Below the pieces are notes generated by a model, which saw only the letters and a list, made by a program, of their open reading frames with translations, did no database searches and was not told the DNA's origin. Positions 1-8,953 of a stretch of 64,000 nucleotides of DNA are shown here, in pieces. Positions within the stretch are counted from its first letter, which is position 1; each line of letters begins with the position of its first letter. The translations under genes were made by a program, and so were the position numbers. This DNA is from Gammaproteobacteria bacterium (lineage in GTDB: Bacteria; Pseudomonadota; Gammaproteobacteria; Eutrophobiales; Eutrophobiaceae), in assembly GCA_965215365.1 (NCBI GenBank), contig CBDCDS010000003.1, positions 1,600,001-1,664,000 of the forward strand. The letters are read 5' to 3'.

Positions 1-280
1 TGAGCGCGGCCGTGTCAGCACACAGGTTCAGGCACGGCACCGGCCAGAACAGGCCATCGGTAGTGTGTATGTGTGCAGCGACACTGACGGCATCGGCGGC
101 GTTCATAAACCCGGGCAATGGTGAGAAGTAACCGGCGCCCAGCATCACCGCATTGGCGGCGGCGGCGGAGTTAATCAATAATTGCGGCAGGCCTCGCGCT
201 TCTTCAAGGAGCGCCTGACGTGTCACTTCATCGCTGGCGAACAGCGGTTGCAGTGCGTCGGCTGCGTGGGGTTTGATCAT
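1..280 (-). CDS. sat: Sulfate adenylyltransferase (ATP sulfurylase), N-terminal part; runs off window
   Basis: Hand translation from ATG at 280: MIKPHAADALQPLF...SAAAANAVMLGAGYFSPLPGFMN...GLFWPVPCLNL, recognisable as the N-terminus of Sat from sulfur-oxidizing gammaproteobacteria. Not in the ORF track. Confidence 0.9.
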   Translation of the reverse strand, partial: MIKPHAADALQPLFASDEVTRQALLEEARGLPQLLINSAAAANAVMLGAGYFSPLPGFMNAADAVSVAAHIHTTDGLFWPVPCLNLCADTAAL

Positions 281-287
281 AAGGAGA

Positions 288-686
288 TTACAGCTCGGAA
301 TTGCTGTGATACTTGTCCATTTTTCGATCCAGCGTGTTGATATCCCCTTGCATCACCTCGGCCTTCCCCTGCAATGCCTCGATATCCTGCTTCATAACCT
401 CGATATCCTGCTTCATGACCTCGATATCCTGCTTCATAACCTCGATATCCTGCTTCATGACCTCGATATCCTGCTTCATAACCTCGATATCCCTCTGCAT
501 TACTTCAATGCTGATGCGTACGTCAGTCAGGCCGTCCTTCAGGGTATCCATTGCTTTGATTAGATAAGCGAACTGCGTCAACATCACGACGATGATGACA
601 CCCAAAATCCATTCGTGGTATTTGATACTGGTTTTTAACCTTTCCATTTCCAGAGGTAACATTTCATGAGTAAGTTCAGTAGCCAT
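288..686 (-). CDS. Hypothetical membrane-anchored coiled-coil protein with DIEVMKQ heptad repeats
   Basis: AGGAGG RBS upstream; hydrophobic WILGVIIVVMLTQFAYLI segment followed by tandem heptads. Confidence 0.75.
   Translation of the reverse strand: MATELTHEMLPLEMERLKTSIKYHEWILGVIIVVMLTQFAYLIKAMDTLKDGLTDVRISIEVMQRDIEVMKQDIEVMKQDIEVMKQDIEVMKQDIEVMKQDIEALQGKAEVMQGDINTLDRKMDKYHSNSEL
377..502. repeat. 21-bp tandem repeat (5 near-perfect + 1 degenerate), alternating A/G giving a 42-bp higher-order unit
   Basis: cctcgatatcctgcttcat(a/g)a units start at 377, 398, 419, 440, 461, 482. Confidence 0.95.
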
Positions 687-770
687 AGTTACTTCCTCCT
701 ATTTTACTGCTGCTGATTAATGAGCGTGGAAAGTCCATTGTATCTATCCGGCCACCTCATGTCCAGCTCT

Positions 771-2173
771 AGTATTTTCCAATATGAAATGAGCCTGAAG
801 GGCGGGTGTGATTCCAACATGAAATGAGCCTGAACGAGCCGGTATTCCCGTTCATGATACGAGGATGAAAACGATCATGAATGCGAATGACTTAACGCGT
901 ATTGAGCAGGTGCGCGATTTTCTGGCCGGGACCCAGCGGGTGATGTTTGAGGTTGCCAGCGACAAGCAGAGTCGGTATGACTGGATACGGCGCACCCTGG
1001 TGACGTTTGATTACCTGGGCTGCAGCAAGGCGGACAAAGGGGCGCTCACGGCGTACCTGATGAAGGTGAGCGGGTATTCCCGGGCACAGGTCAAGCGGCT
1101 GATTGGGCGCTACCGGGAGACCGGTACGTTAGCGGTGCGCCAGTGTACGGCGCGGGGCTTTGTCCGACGCTACACGAAGGCCGATATCCGCCTGCTAGCG
1201 GCCATGGACGAGCGCCACAATACCCCGAATGGGTTGACCCTAAAGAAGCTCTGTGAGCGAGCCTATCAGGTGTTCGGTCAGGTCGAGTATGAACGCTTGG
1301 CCGGGATCTCGGTCTCGCACCTGTACAACTTACGGCGCTCGAAGACCTACCAACGTCAGCGCCACACGATAGACAAGACCCGCCCGGTGGTGCGTGAGAT
1401 CGGTGTACGGCGCAAACCGCAGCCGGACGGGCGCTGCGGTTATATCCGCATCGATACCGTGCATCAGGGCGATTTAGACGGTGAAAAAGGGGTCTATCAC
1501 ATCAATGCGGTCGATGAGGTGACCCAGTTTGAAGTGGTCGTCAGCGTCGAGCGCATCACCGAGGTCTACCTCATCCCGGCACTTGAATACCTGCTTGATG
1601 CGTTCCCCTTTGTCCTCCTGGGCTTCCATGCCGACAACGGCTCGGAGTACATCAATAAACAGGTGGCCCAACTGTTAGAGAAGCTGCGTATCGAACTGAC
1701 CAAGTCCCGCCCCCGGCACAGCAACGACAACGCCCTGGTGGAATGCAAAAACGGACACGTGGTGCGCAAGCTCTTAGGCCACGCCCACATCCCGCGCCGC
1801 TGGGCCGGCCCGTTGAACGACTTCCACCGCCAGCACCTCAACCCCTATGTCAACTACCACCGACCCTGCCTGTTTCCACAAACCATCACCGACAACAAAG
1901 GGAAACAACGCAAGCGTTACCCCTACAAGAACCTCATGACCCCCTATGAAAAACTTAAATCCTTGGATGATGCCCAGACCTGTTTGAAACCGGACTTAAG
2001 CTTTGAGATACTGGATAAGGTCGCTTACCGAGTCAGCGACAACGCGGCCGCGGACGCCCTACAACAGGCGCGCCGGGCCCTCTTTACCACCATCCATGAA
2101 CAGGAATACAAACGGGCTTGAGATCGGGGCAGACTCTCTCTACTTCAGGCTCATTCCAGTATTGGAAAATACT
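771..2173 (+). mobile_element. Insertion sequence (rve/DDE transposase, ISNCY/IS481-like) with ~30-bp imperfect IRs and 5-bp TSD
   Basis: Left agtattttccaatatgaaatgagcctgaag, right cttcaggctcattccagtattggaaaatact; gctct duplicated at 766-770 and 2174-2178; tgaaatgagcctgaa occurs twice at the left end. Confidence 0.9.
865..2121 (+). CDS. DDE transposase (integrase core domain)
   Basis: RIDTVHQG, HADNGSEY, NDNALVECKNG catalytic motifs; N-terminal HTH. Confidence 0.9.
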   Translation: MKTIMNANDLTRIEQVRDFLAGTQRVMFEVASDKQSRYDWIRRTLVTFDYLGCSKADKGALTAYLMKVSGYSRAQVKRLIGRYRETGTLAVRQCTARGFVRRYTKADIRLLAAMDERHNTPNGLTLKKLCERAYQVFGQVEYERLAGISVSHLYNLRRSKTYQRQRHTIDKTRPVVREIGVRRKPQPDGRCGYIRIDTVHQGDLDGEKGVYHINAVDEVTQFEVVVSVERITEVYLIPALEYLLDAFPFVLLGFHADNGSEYINKQVAQLLEKLRIELTKSRPRHSNDNALVECKNGHVVRKLLGHAHIPRRWAGPLNDFHRQHLNPYVNYHRPCLFPQTITDNKGKQRKRYPYKNLMTPYEKLKSLDDAQTCLKPDLSFEILDKVAYRVSDNAAADALQQARRALFTTIHEQEYKRA

Positions 2174-2200
2174 GCTCTTTATGCCGGAAAATTATGGATT

Positions 2201-2776
2201 TTAATATTCTGTTTTTGGCCCGGCCAGGAATTCGTTGCCGGCAGCGCCGCGCACGATCGCGCCGGTGTGCAGCCGTTGCTGGTTGTCATCCCGATCGGCA
2301 AAGAAAAACTTCAGTGAGTAGCGGATGGTGGTGAACGCCAGCTCTTCCCAGGGAATTTCGTCGCGGGTGAATAACGCCACCTCCAGGCTTTCATCCCCCG
2401 CGGCAAAATCCAGGTCCATGAGGTTGGCGTTGAACATGAGGTAAACCTGACCGACGTGGGGCAGACTGAACATGGCAAACAGGTTGGTGAGCTCCACGCG
2501 CGCGTTGGCTTCCTCCAGCGTCTCCCGCAACGCCGCCTGCTGGCAGGTCTCGCCGAGTTCCATGAAGCCTGCGGGCAGGGTCCAGCAACCGTAACGGGGT
2601 TCAATGGCCCGCTTGCACAGCAACACCTGATCTTCCCACACGGGGATGCAGCCGGCGACAATCTTGGGGTTCTGGTAGTGCACCATGCCGCAGGCAACGC
2701 ATACGTGGCGCGGACGGTTGTCACCCGGCGGCGTTTGCAACACCACTTGGGCGCCGCAACTGCTACAGTAATTCAT
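2201..2776 (-). CDS. NUDIX hydrolase with N-terminal zinc ribbon
   Basis: CSSC...CVAC zinc ligands; Nudix box GFMELGETCQQAALRETLEEA. Confidence 0.9.
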   Translation of the reverse strand: MNYCSSCGAQVVLQTPPGDNRPRHVCVACGMVHYQNPKIVAGCIPVWEDQVLLCKRAIEPRYGCWTLPAGFMELGETCQQAALRETLEEANARVELTNLFAMFSLPHVGQVYLMFNANLMDLDFAAGDESLEVALFTRDEIPWEELAFTTIRYSLKFFFADRDDNQQRLHTGAIVRGAAGNEFLAGPKTEY

Positions 2777-3129
2777 AAATGGTTGTTCTGGTCGAGTAAG
2801 AGCTGAAGCTCAGGCCACAGCAACTCCAACATCAACGGCTGCGCCGCAGCCGTGGGGTGGATGCCGTCGTCCTGCATCAGGGTCGGGTCCTCGGCGATAG
2901 CGGCGGGAAGTATCCGCCCCAAGGTTACATTATCCTGTACGCCCAGGGTTTTGTATATGCCGACAAACTTTTCGATGTAAGCGGTGCCGTAATTGGGCGG
3001 CAGCAACATTTCCACCAGCAGTATGCGGCTGCCTGCCGCCGCAAGTTTGTCGATGATTGCAGACAGGTTGGTGCTGATTTCATCTAGGGAGATGCCCCTT
3101 AGTCCGTCATTGCCACCGAGTTCAACAAT

Positions 3130-4261
3130 TGTCCGGGTTCAGAAACAAGTGAGACTCTTTAGATAAAGAAATCGGGTAGTCTGTGTGTGAATTAATCTCA
3201 ACTAATTGACACAGGAGGACTACCCGATGCAGATCAAAAGCCTGCGGGTGAAATCATATCGCAGTTGGCGCGTCGATGATACTACCGATGCTGACGCGCG
3301 CGGTCGTTTGAAGCAGTTGGAATTGGTTGCGACGTTACGCGAGGATGGGTGTGGTGAGGCGACGGCACTGGCAGCAGTAGGTTGGTCGAGGGCGACCTAC
3401 TACCGTTGGTTGAAGCGGTATCGTGAACATGGGCTGAAGGGTCTGGGGTGTGGCTCTCGTGCGCCGCGGCGGCGGCGTGTGCCGCAATGGACGCGCCAGC
3501 ACGAGCAGCAGGTCTTGCACCTTCGCCAACGTTATCCGTTATGGGGTAAGCGTAAGCTCTGGCGGGTGGGGGTGCGCGAGCAGGGCTGGACTTTGAGCGA
3601 GAGTACGGTCGGGCGCATCGTGGCGAAGCTGGTGCGGCTGGGTCGGGTCAAGCCGGTGGCGTTTTACTATGGCCGGGTGAAGCCTAAGCGCCGCCGGGCG
3701 TTTACCCATCATGCCAAGCGCTGGCGCTACGGGATGAAGGCTAAGGCGCCAGGGGAGTTGATGCAGATAGACCACATGAGTGTCGGCTTCACGGACGGCA
3801 TCACGGTGAAGGAGTTCAAGGCCGTCTGTCCGGTGAGCAAATGGAGTGCGCTGCGAGCCTACAGTCGGGCCACCAGTGGCAATGCCCGGCGCTTCTTAAA
3901 AGCGCTGCTCGGTGAGGCGCCGTTTCCCATCCGTTCTATCCAGGTCGATGGCGGCTCGGAGTTCCGAGATGAGTTCGAGCAGGCTTGCCAGGACTTAGGA
4001 ATCCCCCTGTACGTGCTGCCCCCGAAAAAACCCGAATACAACGGCTGTGTAGAACGCGCCAATGCCACCAGCCGCTATGAGTTCTATCCGTTCTACGAGG
4101 GCCCACTGACCGTGGCCGCCATCAACCGCAAACTGGCAGAGTATCAGCAATACTACAATACCTACCGCCCGCATGACGGTATTGGTTTATTAACCCCAAT
4201 GGAGTATTATCAACAACTCACACAGCCTGCCTCTGAGTCTCATATGTATTGAACCTGGACA
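3130..4261 (+). mobile_element. IS481-family element, copy 1 (1132 bp), 4-bp TSD caat
   Basis: TGT...ACA ends; IRs tgtccgggttcagaaacaagtgagactc / gagtctcatatgtattgaacctggaca; caat on both sides. Confidence 0.92.
3206..4252 (+). CDS. IS481-family transposase (probable start at ATG 3227)
   Basis: HTH plus rve core: QIDH, QVDGGSEF, NGCVERAN; AGGAGG RBS before ATG. Confidence 0.9.
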   Translation: MTQEDYPMQIKSLRVKSYRSWRVDDTTDADARGRLKQLELVATLREDGCGEATALAAVGWSRATYYRWLKRYREHGLKGLGCGSRAPRRRRVPQWTRQHEQQVLHLRQRYPLWGKRKLWRVGVREQGWTLSESTVGRIVAKLVRLGRVKPVAFYYGRVKPKRRRAFTHHAKRWRYGMKAKAPGELMQIDHMSVGFTDGITVKEFKAVCPVSKWSALRAYSRATSGNARRFLKALLGEAPFPIRSIQVDGGSEFRDEFEQACQDLGIPLYVLPPKKPEYNGCVERANATSRYEFYPFYEGPLTVAAINRKLAEYQQYYNTYRPHDGIGLLTPMEYYQQLTQPASESHMY

Positions 4262-4530
4262 CAATAGTGATATCCGGCTTTATCTCCTTTAGAATAGCGT
4301 CAAGACGAGTATTCGCGCCGTGGGTGGTATCACCACTGACGCTGGCGTTGATGATCTCATAATGGTAGCCGGCACGGTTCATGCGCGCACGCAGCAGGGA
4401 CACCCAGCCTGCTTGTGCGTCCATACCGTGTGCCGCGCTCAGGCTGTCGCCCAGCACCAGTATGGTTTTTTCGGCGGCCGGCGCGCACAACGACACTGAC
4501 AGCAGCGCTGTGACAATAACTGACCTCAAC

Positions 4531-5208
4531 ATGGAACAACCCTCAAATTTCATAATCCGCGCGCAGAACCTGGGTAAACGGGTACCAGCACCCGCAGGCG
4601 ACCTGACCATACTGGATGATATAGATCTGGCGGTCAACTATGGAGAGAGTATTGCCATTACTGGCGTATCCGGCTCCGGCAAGTCCACCTTGATCGGGAT
4701 CCTGGCGGGCCTGGACCTGCCGACCCGTGGCAGGGTATTTCTGGACGGCACGGAGCTGACCGCGCTGGATGAAGCCGGCAGGGCCGAGTTGCGCAACCAG
4801 CGCGTGGGCTTCATCTTCCAGTCGTTTCAGTTGCTGCCGGGTCTGAGTGCCCTGGAAAACGTGATGTTGCCGTTGGAACTGGCTGGCAATAATGCCGCGC
4901 GGGAACTGGCGCAGGCGCGCCTGGATGAGGTTGGGTTGGCGCATCGAACCGCACACTATCCCAGGCAGTTATCGGGCGGGGAACAGCAACGCGTCGCTAT
5001 TGCCAGAGCCTTTGCCGTCAATCCACTGGCACTGTTTGCCGACGAGGTGACCGGCAACCTGGACCAGCACAGTGCGCAACAAGTCGCCGACCTGCTGTTT
5101 CGCCTTAACTCGGACTATGGCACGACACTGCTGCTGGTCACCCACGATGCCACGCTGGCGCGCCGTTGCCACCGCACCTTGACACTGGCCGGCGGTCGTC
5201 TGGTTTGA
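4531..5208 (+). CDS. ybbA: ABC transporter ATP-binding protein
   Basis: GVSGSGKS, LSGGEQQRVAIARA, FADE; tesA-ybbAP context; start codons of ybbA and tesA share CATG at 4530-4533. Confidence 0.85.
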   Translation: MEQPSNFIIRAQNLGKRVPAPAGDLTILDDIDLAVNYGESIAITGVSGSGKSTLIGILAGLDLPTRGRVFLDGTELTALDEAGRAELRNQRVGFIFQSFQLLPGLSALENVMLPLELAGNNAARELAQARLDEVGLAHRTAHYPRQLSGGEQQRVAIARAFAVNPLALFADEVTGNLDQHSAQQVADLLFRLNSDYGTTLLLVTHDATLARRCHRTLTLAGGRLV

Positions 5209-7685
5209 TGCGCTTGCTGCGTCTGGCGCTAGTCCAATTCCGGCGCGACTGGCGCGCCGGCGAGTTGCGCCTGTTGGGTCTGGCGCTGATTATTGCGGTT
5301 GCCGGCCTGACCTCGGTGGATTTTTTCACCGACCGGGTGAGACAGTTGACGGAACTACAGGCCACCGAATTACTGGCGGCAGACCTAGTTATCGGCTCTG
5401 CCGAACCCTTCCAGCCGGAATTTCTCGCACAGGCCGAGGCCCTGGGGTTGAAGACTGCGCTGACAACCAGTTTTCGCAGCATAGCAGTGCATGGCGAGCG
5501 GCTGGAGCTTGCGGAAGTCAAGGCGGTGCAGGCCGACTATCCTCTGCGCGGACAGTTGCGGGTTGCCGATGAACTGTTTGCGCAGGAATACCAGACCACC
5601 ACCACCCCGGCGCCGGGCACGGTATGGCTGGACTCCAGGCTGTTCCAGGCGCTGGGGGTGGCGGTTGGTGCGCAGGTCAAGCTGGGCGCGGCGACCCTGG
5701 TTGCGGACCGGGTGCTGACGTATGAACCCGATCGCGGAGGCGATATGTTCAATATTGCGCCGCGGCTGCTGCTGAGCCTGACTGACCTGGAAGCCACCGC
5801 GCTGATCGCGCCCGGCAGTCGGGCCAGGTACCGGTTGCTGCTGGCTGGTGATAATGCCGCGCTGCGCGAGTTCCGGGCGCTGACAGAACGCCATGCGACT
5901 TATGATATTCAGGGTCTACGCGACGCCCGTCCGGAACTGCGCAGTGCGCTGGAGCGCGCAGAACAGTTCCTGGGACTGGCGGTGCTGGTCAGCATTGCGC
6001 TGGCCGGGCTTGCAATTGCCCTGGCGGCGCAACGCTACGCAATCAGGCATTATGATGCCTGCGCGCTCATGCGCTGTTTTGGCGCCACTCCCGGGTTGGT
6101 CGTCCGCATCCACGTCATTCAGTTGTTGCTTACAGCCCTGCTCTACGGCACCCTCGGCTGTGCGCTGGGCTACCTAGGGCAAACCGGTCTGGCGGCGCTG
6201 CTGCAGGAGCTGGTCAACAGGCCCCTGCCCGCGCCGGCGCTGACCCCGCTGCCCGGTGGTCTGGCCGCCGCCGTACTGACCACATTGGGCTTTGCTCTGC
6301 CGCAGATTTTACGGCTGCAGCAGGTCTCATCCATGCGGGTGCTGCGGCGCGATCTGGCGCCGTTGCCAGCGCCTAACCTGAGCGTCTATCTGGCGGCAAC
6401 AGCCTGCCTGTTACTGCTGGCCCTGTGGCTGTCAGGCCGTGAGCGACTGTTTTTATATGGCTGTGTGGCGCTGGCACTGACGGCATTATCGGCCTGGTTA
6501 ACGGCCTTACTGGCCATTCATTGTCTTGACAAGTGGCGCGGCTGGCTTGGTGCGGCCACGCGCTTCGGCTTGTCCAACATCGTGCGCCGGGGGCGGCTGA
6601 GCGCCGTGCAGATCCTCGCCATCAGTCTGGGCATGATGTTATTGACCCTGCTGGCGCTGCTGCGCACCGAGTTACTGGCAGACTGGCGCGCGCGGCTGCC
6701 GGCCGCGACGCCGAATTATTTCCTCATCAACATCCAGCCGCAAGAGGTGGATGCTGTCAGGCAATTCCTGCAGGCACGCACCGGGTTGGCGGCGCCGGCG
6801 CACCCGCTGGTGCGCGCGCGGCTGCTCAGCATAAACGGCAAGGCGGTCAATCCCGATGATTACCAGGACGAACGCGCACAACGCCTCCTGCGGCGCACGT
6901 TTAACTTATCCGTGGCGGAGACCTTGCAGCATGATAACCGTCTTGAACAAGGCGCATGGTGGGATAGTGCCAGTGCCGGCCTGTTCTCTTTTGAGCAGGA
7001 CTTCGCCGCAACCCTGGATATCAGTCTGGGGGACCGGCTGGAGTTCCGTATTGCCGGCGCGCGCGTGGCCGGCACGGTCGCCAATACCCGCCGGGTTGAC
7101 TGGGATACCTTCAACGTTAATTTTTTCGTGCTGGCAAGTCCTGCCACCCTGTCCGGCCACCCCACCACCTACATCACCAGTTTCCACCTGCCCCCGGCGC
7201 GCCGGCCGGTGCTCAACGAGCTCATCAAAAACTGGCCCAGCGTCACCGTGTTTGACGTGGATACAATTATCAGGCAGGTGCGTCTGGTTATGGAACAGGT
7301 GGTACGGGCGATAGAATTCATCTCCGGCTTCACCTTGCTGGCGGGTATTGTCGTGTTGCTGGCCGCGTTGCAAACGACCCATGCTGAGCGGCGGCGCGAA
7401 ACGGCCCTGTTAACCACACTGGGGGCGCGCCGGGGCCAAGTGTTGAGCGGGCTGTTGGCGGAATTTACCGTGCTTGGTCTGCTGGCCGGCCTGGTGGCGG
7501 CACTGAACGCCACGGTGGCGGAGTATCTGCTGGCTGCTTATGTGTTCAGGATGGATTTTTCTTTCAGCCCCCTGGTGTGGCTGGTCACGCCACTGTTGTG
7601 CACGGCTATCACTATCGGCGCCGGCCTGGCCGGCACGCGCAAGGCATTGTCCACTCCGCCCATGCTGACGTTAAGGCAATCCTGA
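5208..7685 (+). CDS. ybbP: ABC transporter permease (FtsX-like)
   Basis: RRDWRAGEL, LLAADL, YPLRG, PNYFLINIQ, RRVDWDTFNVNFF motifs; TGATG overlap with ybbA. Confidence 0.85.
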   Translation: MRLLRLALVQFRRDWRAGELRLLGLALIIAVAGLTSVDFFTDRVRQLTELQATELLAADLVIGSAEPFQPEFLAQAEALGLKTALTTSFRSIAVHGERLELAEVKAVQADYPLRGQLRVADELFAQEYQTTTTPAPGTVWLDSRLFQALGVAVGAQVKLGAATLVADRVLTYEPDRGGDMFNIAPRLLLSLTDLEATALIAPGSRARYRLLLAGDNAALREFRALTERHATYDIQGLRDARPELRSALERAEQFLGLAVLVSIALAGLAIALAAQRYAIRHYDACALMRCFGATPGLVVRIHVIQLLLTALLYGTLGCALGYLGQTGLAALLQELVNRPLPAPALTPLPGGLAAAVLTTLGFALPQILRLQQVSSMRVLRRDLAPLPAPNLSVYLAATACLLLLALWLSGRERLFLYGCVALALTALSAWLTALLAIHCLDKWRGWLGAATRFGLSNIVRRGRLSAVQILAISLGMMLLTLLALLRTELLADWRARLPAATPNYFLINIQPQEVDAVRQFLQARTGLAAPAHPLVRARLLSINGKAVNPDDYQDERAQRLLRRTFNLSVAETLQHDNRLEQGAWWDSASAGLFSFEQDFAATLDISLGDRLEFRIAGARVAGTVANTRRVDWDTFNVNFFVLASPATLSGHPTTYITSFHLPPARRPVLNELIKNWPSVTVFDVDTIIRQVRLVMEQVVRAIEFISGFTLLAGIVVLLAALQTTHAERRRETALLTTLGARRGQVLSGLLAEFTVLGLLAGLVAALNATVAEYLLAAYVFRMDFSFSPLVWLVTPLLCTAITIGAGLAGTRKALSTPPMLTLRQS

Positions 7686-7690
7686 GAGCT

Positions 7691-7734
7691 AAGGCAACAA
7701 GCAACTTGGTGAGATATGCGGGTTAGAGGCGGCC
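7691..7734. repeat. Right end of MITE family B fused to a family A terminus
   Basis: aaggcaacaagcaacttggtgagatatgcgggt matches 39209-39241; followed directly by tagaggcggcc. Confidence 0.8.
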
Positions 7735-7798
7735 TGTTATACTCATGCAGATAATGCCCTGAAACTTTTTCTGTATATCCTGATCATCCTGTACTTCC

Positions 7799-8803
7799 AT
7801 GTCAAATTCCACTAATTCTGGCGTGACCGGTATTCTGCTCACCAATCTCGGCACGCCGGATGCGCCGACGGCAGCGGCGTTGCGGAAATATCTGGCGCAG
7901 TTTCTGTCTGATCCACGGGTGATCGATACCCCTAAGTGGCTGTGGTGGCCGCTGTTGCACGGGCTCATCCTGCGGCTGCGGCCGCGCCGTTCTGCCAAGG
8001 CTTACCGGAAGGTATGGACCGATGCCGGTTCACCATTGCTGGCAATATCGCAACAGCAGTGCGAGGCGGTGCGGTCAGCGCTGCAGGCAGCCGGGCGCTA
8101 CCGGGTGGAGTTGGGCATGCGCTACGGCAATCCGTCTATTCGCGCGGCACTGGAGTCTCTGCGCGCCGACCAGGTGAACAAATTACTGGTATTGCCCTTG
8201 TACCCCCAATATTCGGCTGCGACTACCGCATCAACCTTTGATGCGGTTGCCGATGTATTCAAGAGTTGGCGCCAGCTCCCGGCCTTGAGCATGATCAACA
8301 GCTACCATGATAACCCCGGCTACATCGCCGCCCTGACGGCCAGCATTCGCGCCCACTGGGCGCAACATGGGCAGCCGCACAAGTTGCTGTTTTCCTTTCA
8401 TGGTTTGCCCAGGGATTACGTCCTGGCCGGTGACCCTTATGCCGACGAATGCCGCGCCAGCGCGCGCCTGGTGGCGGCGGCACTGGAGTTGGACGAAGCA
8501 CGCTGGGCGGTTGCCTTTCAATCCCGCTTCGGCCCGCGTGAGTGGTTGCAGCCCTACACCGACCAGCTGTTACAGCAATGGGGCGCGTCCGGCATTGCTC
8601 ACGTACAGGTCGTCTGCCCCGGTTTTGCCGCCGACTGCCTGGAGACGCTGGAAGAGATTGCTCTGCTGAACAGAGATTTTTTTCTGGACGCCGGCGGCAA
8701 GGAATTTTCCTATATCCCGGCCCTGAACGACCGCCCTGACCATATCGCCGCGCTGTGCGACATTATCAAGGTGAGTTGTAACTACTCGCCCCCCTCCCTC
8801 TAA
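7799..8803 (+). CDS. hemH: Ferrochelatase
   Basis: LLTNLGTP, PLYPQYS, FSFHGLP, FQSRFG, WLQPYT, DCLETLEEI. Confidence 0.95.
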   Translation: MSNSTNSGVTGILLTNLGTPDAPTAAALRKYLAQFLSDPRVIDTPKWLWWPLLHGLILRLRPRRSAKAYRKVWTDAGSPLLAISQQQCEAVRSALQAAGRYRVELGMRYGNPSIRAALESLRADQVNKLLVLPLYPQYSAATTASTFDAVADVFKSWRQLPALSMINSYHDNPGYIAALTASIRAHWAQHGQPHKLLFSFHGLPRDYVLAGDPYADECRASARLVAAALELDEARWAVAFQSRFGPREWLQPYTDQLLQQWGASGIAHVQVVCPGFAADCLETLEEIALLNRDFFLDAGGKEFSYIPALNDRPDHIAALCDIIKVSCNYSPPSL

Positions 8804-8953
8804 TTCTACTGAATTTTTTGTCAAGGCGTCCTTGAGACCATAGCGTCATGGCGTTATGTTGGTCGTCATGGCGCAACAACCGCGCCGAACGCGATATCCG
8901 TATGGCTAAAGTCAAACAGAAAGTCTCCGGCTGCTTCTGAATTAGAGGCGCCT
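8792..8953. repeat. Family A-type ends enclosing an IS66 tnpC fragment
   Basis: cctctaattc ... gaattagaggcgcct; 8875-8937 translates NNRAERDIRMAKVKQKVSGCF. Confidence 0.7.

Larger units (their letters stand above)
2773..4532 (-). pseudogene. tesA: Arylesterase / acyl-CoA thioesterase I (GDSL family), interrupted by IS481-family element
   Basis: Signal peptide and GDSLS at 4532-4262; ELGGND and DGIHP at 3129-2773; removing the IS plus one caat restores KPDITIVELGGND in frame; divergent from ybbA. Confidence 0.9.

Noticed and set aside
377-502. Tandem repeats as a possible CRISPR array (also 49260-49391)
   Set aside because: Units are contiguous with no spacers, are multiples of 3, lie in ORFs, and there are no cas genes.
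2174-2205. dif/Xer-like target next to the first IS (ttatg motifs)
   Set aside because: Does not fit the 11-6-11 XerC/XerD consensus at the expected distance.
3227-3275. Transposase N-terminus MQIKSLRVKSYRS resembling an ABC/OLD ATPase start
   Set aside because: Too short, no Walker A follows; probably normal for this IS481 clade.
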